From contig NZ_JBHSTI010000008.1 in assembly GCF_042660085.1 (NCBI RefSeq), positions 2,055,604 through 2,087,603 of the forward strand: DNA of 32,000 nt. Reading direction: 5' to 3'. The notes below the pieces were generated by a model. That model saw nothing but the letters and a program-made list of their open reading frames with translations. It had not been told where the DNA came from and ran no database searches. Position 1 is the first letter of the stretch, and the number at the start of each line of letters is the position of its first letter. Shown piece by piece: positions 1 to 8,227 of this stretch. Source of the DNA: Longivirga aurantiaca (lineage in GTDB: Bacteria > Actinomycetota > Actinomycetes > S36-B12 > CAIYMF01). Made by a program: the position numbers and the translations under genes.

Positions 1-93
1 GGCGCGGGGGCAGGAATGCACGAAGACGACGCCACGGGTGACCCGTGCGCCGCGGGGCTCGCGGGAGCCCGAGGTGCCACTGCGTTCGGTCAT
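1..93 (-). CDS. DUF3145-like conserved actinobacterial protein, N-terminal 31 codons only (gene runs off the left edge)
   Basis: Minus-strand ATG at 93-91, preceded by a purine-rich GAGAGAGAG. Translation is MTERSGTSGSREPRGARVTRGVVFVHSCPRA. The TRGV-x-x-VHS-x-PRA N-terminus matches what I recall for DUF3145 proteins. The fragment is too short for certainty. Confidence 0.45.
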   Translation of the reverse strand, partial: MTERSGTSGSREPRGARVTRGVVFVHSCPRA

Positions 94-421
94 CGCCAGC
101 TCTCTCTCGTGTCAGGGACGCCTTCCCCAGCGGCCTCACGAGAACCACGAGCACGATCACGAACGCAGGATCACGATAGCCGCTCGCGCCACGCCCGCAC
201 CACCCGCATCGCCGGTACTTCGCAGAACGTGACCGAGCGGGTACATTCGGTGAAGACCGGGTGACCCCCGAACGGGTGTCACCCGTATGGCGCAACTCGG
301 CACGACGGCTTGAGTCCACCTCCCTGCCGTGCCGAGACCATGAATGGACGGCACCGCTCCCGCGGGGCCGCGGGAGAGTGCCGGCGCACGCCGGGACCGT
401 GCACGAGGGGAGGACGTCGTC

Positions 422-850
422 ATGTCGGAGGACAGCGAGATCTTCATGACCGAGATGTACGACGAGGGCGTCGTCACCGAGGTGATCCGCCCGGCCGCGA
501 TCGTGCCCGAGGAGTCGGCGCGGGCCATCCTCGTGGAGCTCGCGCTCCAGGACGTGCAGTACGGCGGCCTCTGGCTGTCGGACCCGTCGCGCTGGGCGCT
601 CTACGACACCCCCTGGGCTGCGGCCGGCCAGCCCGGCGCCTCGCAGCTCATCGGGTCGATCCAGGTCGCCTACGGCACCCCGACCCGGTACGAGATCACC
701 ATCTACCGGGCCACGGTCACGCGCCGCGGCACCGAGCTGGGCTGGTCGGTCTCCTCGCTCTGCGACAAGGCCCTCGGCTACGGCTCGCTCGACCTCGCCA
801 CCTGCCCCCGGGCCTCGCTCACCGCTCCCCCGAAGCCGTTCCACTTCTAG
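422..850 (+). CDS. hypothetical protein (142 aa), no family recognised
   Basis: ORF 344..850 trimmed to the ATG at 422, which follows GAGGGGAGGA (about 405-414). The composition looks like a real protein (MSEDSEIFMTEMYDEGVVTEV...) and third-position G+C is high. Confidence 0.55.
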   Translation: MSEDSEIFMTEMYDEGVVTEVIRPAAIVPEESARAILVELALQDVQYGGLWLSDPSRWALYDTPWAAAGQPGASQLIGSIQVAYGTPTRYEITIYRATVTRRGTELGWSVSSLCDKALGYGSLDLATCPRASLTAPPKPFHF

Positions 851-1084
851 GCGTCAGAACCAGGTCGCCCCGAGGAAGACGGCACCGAGCATCGAGCCGA
901 CGACCAGCACGGACACGCCCACGACGACCCACCGGGCTCCCACGCGACTGATCACGCCACGACCCTAGGCGACCGGTCGGCCCGCGCCACCCGGGGCACC
1001 CTGCGGGCCCTTCGCCGCCCCTCATACGCGCGGCAGCGGGCGGCTCACACGTTCTTCACAGGATCGGGCACGAGAGTTCCTGTC

Positions 1085-2506
1085 ATGAGCAGCGCCACGG
1101 TCTCCCGCCCGAAGGCCCCGGCACCCCAGCCCGGGGCGCGCCGGACCCGCCGCACCCGCCGCGCCGGCGACGTCTTCGTCGCCCTCGCGGGCGTCGGCCT
1201 CGGGCTCGTGGTCGGCATCCAGGTCGCGACCAGCACCGGCGTGGGCGGCCCCGGCGGCCTGCTCATCGAGCTCTCCCGCTGGGCCGGCCTCGTCGGCACC
1301 TACCTCGCCCTGCTCGTCATCTTCCTCGTCGCCCGCGTGCCCGTCGTCGAGCGGGCCGTGGGCCTCGACCGGATGATCTCCTGGCACCGCAAGCTGGGGC
1401 CGCTGTCGCTGGTGCTGATCGCCGCTCACGTCGTGCTCGTCACCGCGGGCTACGGCGCCTCCGCCGCGACGTCGTACCTCGGGCAGACCTGGATCTTCCT
1501 GTCGGAGTACCCGTGGGTGCTCCCGGCCCTCGCCGGCTTCGTGCTCATGCTCGTCGCCGGCATCACCTCGTGGCGCGTGGCGCGTCGTCGGATGAAGTAC
1601 GAGACCTGGTGGGTCACCCATCTGTACTTCTACCTCGCGATCGCGCTCGCCTACCTGCACCAGATCACCCTCGGCCAGCCGTTCGCCACGCACACCTGGG
1701 CGCGGTGGGCCTGGATCGCCCTCTACCTGGTCACGTTCGTGCCGCTCGTGGTCTTCCGCGTCGCGCTGCCCGTCTGGAGCTCGCTGCGGCACAACCTGAA
1801 GGTGCACGCGGTCGTCCGCGAGAGCGCCGACACGATCAGCGTCTGGGTGAGCGGCCGCAACCTCGCGGCGCTGGACGTGAAGGGCGGCCAGTTCTTCGGC
1901 TGGCGCTTCCTCACCCGCGACCGCTGGTGGCAGTCGCACCCCTACTCGATCTCGATCGGTCCCGACGCCCGCTACCTGCGCATCACGGTGAAGGACCTCG
2001 GCGACCACAGCCGTGGCCTCGCGACCGTGAAGCCCGGCACCCGTGTGGTGGCGGAGGGCCCGTACGGACTGTTCACCGCCGACGAGCGCCGTACAGACCG
2101 CGTGCTGCTCATCGCCGGCGGCGTGGGCATCGCACCGGTCCGGTCGATCCTCGACGACCTGCCCCCGCACGTGCCGGTCGACATCCTGTTCCGCGCCCGC
2201 CGTCCCGAGGGCCTCGTCCTGCGCGACGAGCTCGAGTCGATCGCGCGGTCGCGCCCCGGCGTCCGGCTGCGCTACCTCGTCGGCAGCCGCCGCGAGTACC
2301 CCGTCAACGCCCGCACGCTGCTGCACCTCGTCCCCGACGTCCGCAGCCGTGACATCTACACCTGCGGCCCCGACGCGCTCGTCGAGTCGGTGCGCCACGC
2401 CGCCGAGGTGCTGACGATGCCGTCCGACCAGGTCCACGACGACTCGTTCTCGTTCCACTCCCCCGACCACTACTCGTTCACCACCGCGAAGGAGTCCGTG
2501 CGATGA
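1085..2506 (+). CDS. ferric-reductase-like (NOX/FRE-type) transmembrane flavocytochrome: FRD heme domain + FAD-binding + NAD(P)H-binding domains
   Basis: The N-terminal half is multi-pass membrane with His pairs inside helices (WHRKLG..AAHVV and THLYF..AYLHQ). It also has the HPYSIS FAD motif, the IAGGVGIAPV dinucleotide motif and a C-terminal YTCGP motif. Confidence 0.85.
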   Translation: MSSATVSRPKAPAPQPGARRTRRTRRAGDVFVALAGVGLGLVVGIQVATSTGVGGPGGLLIELSRWAGLVGTYLALLVIFLVARVPVVERAVGLDRMISWHRKLGPLSLVLIAAHVVLVTAGYGASAATSYLGQTWIFLSEYPWVLPALAGFVLMLVAGITSWRVARRRMKYETWWVTHLYFYLAIALAYLHQITLGQPFATHTWARWAWIALYLVTFVPLVVFRVALPVWSSLRHNLKVHAVVRESADTISVWVSGRNLAALDVKGGQFFGWRFLTRDRWWQSHPYSISIGPDARYLRITVKDLGDHSRGLATVKPGTRVVAEGPYGLFTADERRTDRVLLIAGGVGIAPVRSILDDLPPHVPVDILFRARRPEGLVLRDELESIARSRPGVRLRYLVGSRREYPVNARTLLHLVPDVRSRDIYTCGPDALVESVRHAAEVLTMPSDQVHDDSFSFHSPDHYSFTTAKESVR

Positions 2507-3006
2507 AGCGCGCGATGCTCGTCGGCGGAGGCACCCTCGCAGGTGTCGCGGCCGTCCTCGCCCTCAACCCCGACGCCACCGGCACCGCGACGGCGTCCTC
2601 GGCCCACTCCTCGGTCTCGGCGGGCACGACGTCCGGCTCCACCGGCACCGGCACCTCGGGCTCGTCGTCGTCGCGCTCGTCGTCCTCGGGCTCGTCGTCG
2701 TCGGGTTCCACGACGGCCGCCGACGGCACCTACACCGGCGACGTCGTCGACGTCGGGCAGGGCTACGGCAACGTGCAGGTCGAGATCACCGTCGCCGGCG
2801 GCCGCATCGTCGACGTGACGGCGCTCGAGACGCCGCAGAACGACCGGCGCAGCTCCCAGATCAGCAGCGTCGCGATCCCCTACCTCGTCGACCAGGCCCT
2901 CACCGCCCAGAGCGCGGACGTGGCCGGCGTGAGCGGCGCGACGTACACCTCCGGGGGCTTCGCGTCGTCGTTGAAGTCGGCCCTCGTCGCGGCAGGCCTC
3001 GCATGA
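2503..3006 (+). CDS. secreted or membrane-anchored FMN-binding domain protein (ApbE substrate)
   Basis: N-terminal hydrophobic signal/anchor (LVGGGTLAGVAAVLAL), a Ser/Gly-rich linker, then a C-terminal FMN_bind-type domain carrying the flavinylation motif GVSGATYTSGGF. Its ATG overlaps the upstream stop (ATGA at 2503-2506). Confidence 0.85.
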   Translation: MKRAMLVGGGTLAGVAAVLALNPDATGTATASSAHSSVSAGTTSGSTGTGTSGSSSSRSSSSGSSSSGSTTAADGTYTGDVVDVGQGYGNVQVEITVAGGRIVDVTALETPQNDRRSSQISSVAIPYLVDQALTAQSADVAGVSGATYTSGGFASSLKSALVAAGLA

Positions 3007-3809
3007 CCACGGCACTGATCCCCGGCACGGTGCGCACGCGCCTCGAGCACGTGTGGAGCACGGTCGTCACGCTCGACGTCCGCGACGAGCACGCGACCGA
3101 CACCGGCGTCGACGCGGCGTGGCGGTCCGTCGTCGCCGAGCTGCACCGGATCGACCGTGTGTTCTCGACCTTCCGCGACGACAGCGTCATCTCGCGGCTG
3201 CGCCGCGGCGGCAAGCAGGTCGTGGCCGACGACGTCGCCGAGGTGATCGACCGCTGCCTCGAGGCCCGCCGTCTCACCGACGGCGCCTTCGACCCGTGGG
3301 CCGCACCCGGCGGCTTCGACCCGAGCGGCCTCGTCAAGGGCTGGGCCGCCGACCGCTGCGCCGACATCGTGCGCCAGCACGGCTTCCCCTCGTTCACCCT
3401 CGATGCCGCAGGCGACCTCGCCTGCCGCGGCAGCATCCCCGGCTCGACCGAGCACCTCGGGTGGCCGATCGGGATCACGCATCCGGACGACCCGCTGGCC
3501 GTCGCGGCCGTGGTCGACGTGCGCGACTCCGCGATCGCGACCTCGGGCGTGAGCCAGCGCGGCGAGCACGTGCTCGACCCGCGCACCGGCGAGGCCGCAC
3601 GCGGCGCCCGGCAGGCGACCGTGGTCGGCACCGACGCCGCCCTCGCCGATGCGCTCGCCACCGCGCTGCTCGTCGAGGGCCGGGATGGCGCGCGCTGGTT
3701 CTCCGCACTGCCAGGATGGTCCGCGTACGTCGTCGACGGCGGCACCACGACCGCGTGGGGACCTGCCTTCACGACGTCCATCCCCAGCCCGGGGGGCGAG
3801 GAGCGATGA
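3003..3809 (+). CDS. apbE: ApbE-family FAD:protein FMN transferase
   Basis: ApbE-like sequence throughout (FSTFRDDSVISRL, FDPWAAPGGFDPSGLVKGWAADR, AIATSGVSQRGEHVLDPRTG). ATGA overlap with the upstream gene at 3003-3006. Confidence 0.85.
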   Translation: MTTALIPGTVRTRLEHVWSTVVTLDVRDEHATDTGVDAAWRSVVAELHRIDRVFSTFRDDSVISRLRRGGKQVVADDVAEVIDRCLEARRLTDGAFDPWAAPGGFDPSGLVKGWAADRCADIVRQHGFPSFTLDAAGDLACRGSIPGSTEHLGWPIGITHPDDPLAVAAVVDVRDSAIATSGVSQRGEHVLDPRTGEAARGARQATVVGTDAALADALATALLVEGRDGARWFSALPGWSAYVVDGGTTTAWGPAFTTSIPSPGGEER

Positions 3810-4573
3810 CGATGACCGGCACGATCCGCAGCGACGACGCCGACCTGCCGCAGAGCTATCTGCGCGCGGCCGACGGCGTGCCGCCCGTGCGCGTGCTCGT
3901 GGTGGACGACGAGCCCGATCTCGCCGACCTCGTCTCGACCGCGCTGCGCTTCGACGGCTGCCGCACCGCGACCGCGGGCGACGCCGACGAGGCGATGCGC
4001 GTGGCGCGCGACCTGCGCCCGGACATCGCCGTCCTCGACATGATGCTTCCCGGTGACGACGGCGTGACCCTGCTGGGCCGCCTGCGCGCAGAGCACCCCG
4101 ATCTGCCCGCGGTGTTCCTGACCGCACGCGGCGACACCCGCGACCGCATCGCCGGCCTCCGCGCCGGCGCCGACGACTACATCGCCAAGCCGTTCAGCCT
4201 CGAGGAGCTCCTCGCACGGCTGCAGGCCGTGCTCCGACGCACCGGCCGGCTCGACGAGCGCGGCGCGGTCCTCACCGTCGCCGACCTCACCCTGGACGAG
4301 CTGACCCGCGAGGTCCGTCGGGCAGGCGAGCTGGTCGACCTGACGCCGACCGAGTTCGACCTGCTGCGCTTCCTCATGCAGAACGCGCGCACCGTCGTCA
4401 GCAAGTCGCAGATCCTCGACCGCGTGTGGCACTACGACTTCGCCGGTCGCAGCAACATCGTCGAGCAGTACGTCGGCTACCTGCGCAAGAAGGTCGACTC
4501 CGACCGCGAGCCGCTGATCCACACCGTGCGCGGCGTCGGCTACGTCCTGCGCGCACCACGGGCGGGCGACTGA
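3806..4573 (+). CDS. OmpR/PhoB-family response regulator
   Basis: ORF 3053..4573 trimmed to the ATG at 3806, which overlaps the apbE stop (ATGA). It has a receiver domain (VLVVDDEPDL, VLDMMLPGDDG, KPF) and a winged-helix output domain (LTPTEFDLLRFLM, VRGVGYVL). Confidence 0.9.
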   Translation: MTMTGTIRSDDADLPQSYLRAADGVPPVRVLVVDDEPDLADLVSTALRFDGCRTATAGDADEAMRVARDLRPDIAVLDMMLPGDDGVTLLGRLRAEHPDLPAVFLTARGDTRDRIAGLRAGADDYIAKPFSLEELLARLQAVLRRTGRLDERGAVLTVADLTLDELTREVRRAGELVDLTPTEFDLLRFLMQNARTVVSKSQILDRVWHYDFAGRSNIVEQYVGYLRKKVDSDREPLIHTVRGVGYVLRAPRAGD

Positions 4574-4575
4574 CC

Positions 4576-6174
4576 ATGTCCCCCACGCCCGACGTCGACC
4601 TGCCCGGCACCGAGGTGCCAGCCGCTCAGGCGGAGCCGGCGTCCGCCGTGCCCACACGGGCACGGCCGACCCGATGGGCATCCATGACGCTGTCACGGCG
4701 CCTCGTGATCGGCCTCGTGGCGGTGACCGCGGTGACGCTCGTGGTCGTGGCGGCTGCGACCTTCCTCGCCCTGCGGTCGTGGACCGTGCAGCAGCTCGAC
4801 AACGCGCTCATGCAGCCCAAGCTCGCCGCCACGGTCGACGGCGACCGCGACGGACGCGGAGGGAACGCACGAGACCTCATCCGCGCATGGGACATCAACG
4901 GCGCCACCGTCGTGCTCCTCGCCGGGGGCACCGCCACCCCGCTGCAGGGTGGGATCCCCGGCGGCGCGCAGCCCGAGCCGTGGTCGGCGGCCGACGCCGC
5001 CGTGCTCGCCACCGTGCCCACCGACCTCGGCGCCACTCCCGTCACCGTCGACCTCGAGGCGCTCGGCGACAGCCGGGCCGTCGCGGTCCCGGGCACCATC
5101 AACGGCACAGCCGTCACCTTCGTGGCCGTCACGCCGCTGTCGCGGGCGCAGGGCGTGGCCAACCGCCTCCTGCTCGTCGAGGTCATCGCCGTGACGTTCG
5201 CCGTCCTCCTCGTCGCCTTCGCCGGCACGTGGTTCGTGCGCCGCGAGCTGCGGCCGCTGCGTCGCGTGGCCGAGACGGCGAGCGAGGTCGCCTCCCTCCC
5301 CCTCGGCCGCGGCGACGTCGTGATCCCGGGGCGTGTCGAGGACGCCACGTCCACGACCGAGGTCGGCCAGGTCGGCCTGGCGGTCAACGCGATGCTCGAC
5401 CACGTCGAGACCTCGCTGCGCACGCGCGCCGAGACCGAGGACCGTCTGCGCCGCTTCGTCTCCGATGCCGGTCACGAGCTGCGCACGCCGCTCGCGTCGG
5501 TCCGCGGGTACGCCGAGCTCATGCGCCGCGGCGCGGCCACCGACCCCGAGGCGGCGGCCCAGGCCGCGGCGCGCATCGAGGCCGCCGCGTCCCGCATGGG
5601 CCTGCTCGTCGAGGACCTGCTGCTGCTCGCGTCGCTGGACGAGGAGCGCCCGCTCTCGCAGGACCGCCTCGAGCTCGGGCCGCTCGTGGCCGACGCCGTC
5701 GCCGAGGTCAGCGCCACCGCGCTCGACCACGTGTGGGCCGCCGACGTCCCCGAGGAGCTCGTGCCGGTCGCGGTCATCGGGGACGCCTCTCGCCTGCACC
5801 AGGCCGTCGCGAACCTGCTCGCCAACGCCCGCGCACACACACCGGCCGGCACGCACGTGACCGCGGTGGTCGGCCGCGACAGCGCGACCGCCTGGGTCGA
5901 GGTCCGCGACGACGGCCCCGGCTTCCCGGAGGACCTCATCCCGCGGGCCACCGAGCGGTTCGCGCGCGGCGACTACAGCCGCTCACGCGCCACCGGCGGA
6001 AGCGGACTCGGCCTCGCGATCGTCAAGGCCGTCGCGGAGGCCCACGGCGGCACGCTCACGGTCGGCAACGCGGCCGAGGGCTCAGGGGCCGTCGTACGGC
6101 TCACCCTGCCGCTGGCGCCGGGCGGCACCATCGAGGTCGTGCCGCCGCTCACCGACACCCCCGCCACCGTCTGA
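4576..6174 (+). CDS. sensor histidine kinase (two TM segments, extracytoplasmic loop, HAMP, HisKA, HATPase_c)
   Basis: ORF 4426..6174 trimmed to the ATG at 4576, 2 nt after the regulator stop. It has the H-box FVSDAGHELRTPLASVRGYAEL, an N-box (ANLLANARAHT), and G-boxes (DDGPGF, GGSGLGLAIV). Confidence 0.9.
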   Translation: MSPTPDVDLPGTEVPAAQAEPASAVPTRARPTRWASMTLSRRLVIGLVAVTAVTLVVVAAATFLALRSWTVQQLDNALMQPKLAATVDGDRDGRGGNARDLIRAWDINGATVVLLAGGTATPLQGGIPGGAQPEPWSAADAAVLATVPTDLGATPVTVDLEALGDSRAVAVPGTINGTAVTFVAVTPLSRAQGVANRLLLVEVIAVTFAVLLVAFAGTWFVRRELRPLRRVAETASEVASLPLGRGDVVIPGRVEDATSTTEVGQVGLAVNAMLDHVETSLRTRAETEDRLRRFVSDAGHELRTPLASVRGYAELMRRGAATDPEAAAQAAARIEAAASRMGLLVEDLLLLASLDEERPLSQDRLELGPLVADAVAEVSATALDHVWAADVPEELVPVAVIGDASRLHQAVANLLANARAHTPAGTHVTAVVGRDSATAWVEVRDDGPGFPEDLIPRATERFARGDYSRSRATGGSGLGLAIVKAVAEAHGGTLTVGNAAEGSGAVVRLTLPLAPGGTIEVVPPLTDTPATV

Positions 6175-6180
6175 CCCGTC

Positions 6181-6197
6181 CTGCGAAGGGTTCGCAG
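6181..6197 (+). terminator. candidate intrinsic-terminator hairpin after the kinase gene
   Basis: CTGCGAA-ggg-TTCGCAG is a perfect 7-bp stem with a 3-nt loop, 7 nt after the stop at 6172-6174. There is no U-tract, so this is weak. Confidence 0.4.
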
Positions 6198-6394
6198 CGG
6201 CGGTCTCGGAGTGCGGACCGGGGTGGCACGGGTGGCCGCGACCTCCGTACCCTCGGCGCGTGATCTCCTCGGCGACCTCCACCGCGCACGCGCTGCGCGG
6301 CGTCGCCTGTTGTCGCTGTCTCGGCTGACGCCGCCCGGCCTCGGGTACGGCGTCCCCTCGACGCCCTGACCGCCCGACACCGGAAGACACGACC

Positions 6395-6826
6395 ATGACC
6401 ACGCTGCAGCACCACATCCTCGACCACCTCCGCGGCACCGACGACGCCCGCACCGTCGTCCGGGTGGTCGCCGACCACCGCGACCTCTGGGCCGCCCACG
6501 TCCGCTTCGACCCGGCGGCGCCGCACCACGCGACCGTCTGGGCCGACGACCGCTGGGAGGTGAGCGTCGGCGCCTGGCTGCCCGGCCAGCGCAGCGGGAG
6601 CCACCACCACGTCGGACGCCCGGGCGCGCTGCTGGTGCTGCAGGGCGCCCTGCGCGAGACCACCTGGCACGTGGCCACCGACGGGCCGGCCCCCGGACGT
6701 CGGACCGCCGTCGCCCGCGTGCACAGCACCGGTGGTCTGCGCACCCACGGCACCGTGCACGTGCACGACGTCGCCGCAGAGGGCTCGGACCCCGTCGTCG
6801 CGCTGCAGGTCCACGCGCGCCCCTGA
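6395..6826 (+). CDS. cupin-fold protein (cysteine-dioxygenase-like)
   Basis: 143 aa with a His cluster (GSHHHVGRPGALLVLQG) followed by HDV, spaced as in a cupin metal site. GGAAG lies upstream of the ATG. The family call is tentative. Confidence 0.5.
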   Translation: MTTLQHHILDHLRGTDDARTVVRVVADHRDLWAAHVRFDPAAPHHATVWADDRWEVSVGAWLPGQRSGSHHHVGRPGALLVLQGALRETTWHVATDGPAPGRRTAVARVHSTGGLRTHGTVHVHDVAAEGSDPVVALQVHARP

Positions 6827-6832
6827 CACGCG

Positions 6833-6865
6833 ACGACGCCCCCGGCCGAGGGCCGGGGGCGTCGT
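6833..6865. terminator. bidirectional terminator hairpin between convergent genes
   Basis: ACGACGCCCCCGGCC-gag-GGCCGGGGGCGTCGT is a perfect 15-bp stem with a 3-nt loop. It sits between the + strand stop (6826) and the - strand stop (6879). Confidence 0.75.
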
Positions 6866-6878
6866 GGTGCGGGCGCGG

Positions 6879-7526
6879 TCAGTGCGCCAGCGGCGGGAGG
6901 TCGATCGGACGCAGCACGCGGTCGATGCCGTGCGCGACCTGCTTGTTGAACTTGTTGATGTCGACCTGCGACAGGATCACGCGGGCGTTGCGCGAGTTCT
7001 TGTCCTTGTCCCAGAGCGAGATCTCGGGGCCGGCGTACACCGCGACGGCGAGCGTGCCGCCCTGCGCGGTCTTCAGCACGGCGCCGTTGGCCTTCACCGC
7101 GGCCGACGAGTAGATCGTGGCGCCGGGGACGACGTGGTACAGCAGCACGGCCTCGACGGTGGGGATGCCCAGCTTCGCGACCGCGTTGAAGATCTGCTTC
7201 TCCGAGATCGGCGCGATACCGGTGAGGTCCTTCACCAGCAGACGGAACGCCTGGTCGTTCGGGATGAACGCGGTGAGGGCGACCGTGCCGTCGGTGAGGA
7301 CCTTGACCTTGCTGTTCGGCTTCGCCGCGAGCACCGCGAGGACCGCCTGGGTGACGATGTCGTAGTCCTTGGCGTTGGAGTCGAACGTGCCGCCACCGTT
7401 GGCGGTGAGCACCGCGGCGAGCGAGCGCTGGCCCTGGGCCTGCGCCGCGGGGGCGGTGAGCGCGATGCCGGAGACGCCGAGGGCGGCGGCCGCGGCAACA
7501 GCCGCGACGCGGGTACGGAGCTTCAT
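6879..7526 (-). CDS. secreted fasciclin (FAS1) domain protein
   Basis: Signal peptide MKLRTRVAAVAAAAALGVSGIALTAPAAQA. FAS1 motifs are present (TAFIPNDQAF, LLYHVVPG, HGIDRVL). GGGAGAG Shine-Dalgarno upstream. Confidence 0.85.
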   Translation of the reverse strand: MKLRTRVAAVAAAAALGVSGIALTAPAAQAQGQRSLAAVLTANGGGTFDSNAKDYDIVTQAVLAVLAAKPNSKVKVLTDGTVALTAFIPNDQAFRLLVKDLTGIAPISEKQIFNAVAKLGIPTVEAVLLYHVVPGATIYSSAAVKANGAVLKTAQGGTLAVAVYAGPEISLWDKDKNSRNARVILSQVDINKFNKQVAHGIDRVLRPIDLPPLAH

Positions 7527-7687
7527 GTCTCTCCCGGATGTGAGGTCCGGCGATCCGGACGACTGCCCCTACTTCCGCCCGCGGCCCCCGCCTGGATGCA
7601 GCCCCGGCGAGGAATCTTGCGACGGGTGTCGGAGGGGGCGGCCAGGATGGCCGGAGCACCGCCCTCCCCGCACTGTCAGGAGCAGCC

Positions 7688-8206
7688 ATGAGCTGGACCG
7701 CGCCGCAGATCGAGCGCACCGAGCCGCCGTACGTCTGCGACGAGCGCACCGCGCTCGAAGCCTGGTTGCGGTTCCACCGCGAGACGCTGCTCTGGAAGTG
7801 CCAGGGCCTCAGCCACGAGCAGCTCTCGACGCGCGCCGTGCCGCCGTCGGGCATGTCCCTGCTCGGCCTCGTCCGGCACATGACCGACGTCGAACGGTGG
7901 TGGTTCCGCACCCACCTGCGCGGCGAGCAGGTCGAAGGGCCGTTCGGTCCGACGGCCAACCCCAGCGGCGACTTCGACGACCTCGACTCGATGCCGGCCG
8001 AGGAGGTGTGGCAGGCGTACCAGGCCGAGTGCGCCGCAGCCGACGCTGCCACGGCCGGCCTGTCGCTCGACACGACCTTCACGCACCGGCGCCACGGCGC
8101 CATCGACCTGCGCTGGCTCTACGTCCACATGATCGAGGAGTACGCCCGGCACAACGGGCACGCCGACCTCCTGCGCGAACTCGTGGACGGCGCCACGGGC
8201 GACTGA
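7688..8206 (+). CDS. DinB-family (DUF664-type) protein
   Basis: Characteristic sequence ERTALEAWLRFHRETLLWKCQGLSHEQL ... LGLVRHMTDVERWWF ... MIEEYARHNGHADLLRE. AGGAG lies upstream. Confidence 0.8.
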   Translation: MSWTAPQIERTEPPYVCDERTALEAWLRFHRETLLWKCQGLSHEQLSTRAVPPSGMSLLGLVRHMTDVERWWFRTHLRGEQVEGPFGPTANPSGDFDDLDSMPAEEVWQAYQAECAAADAATAGLSLDTTFTHRRHGAIDLRWLYVHMIEEYARHNGHADLLRELVDGATGD

Positions 8207-8227
8207 CGGGCAGGGCAGGATCGGGTC

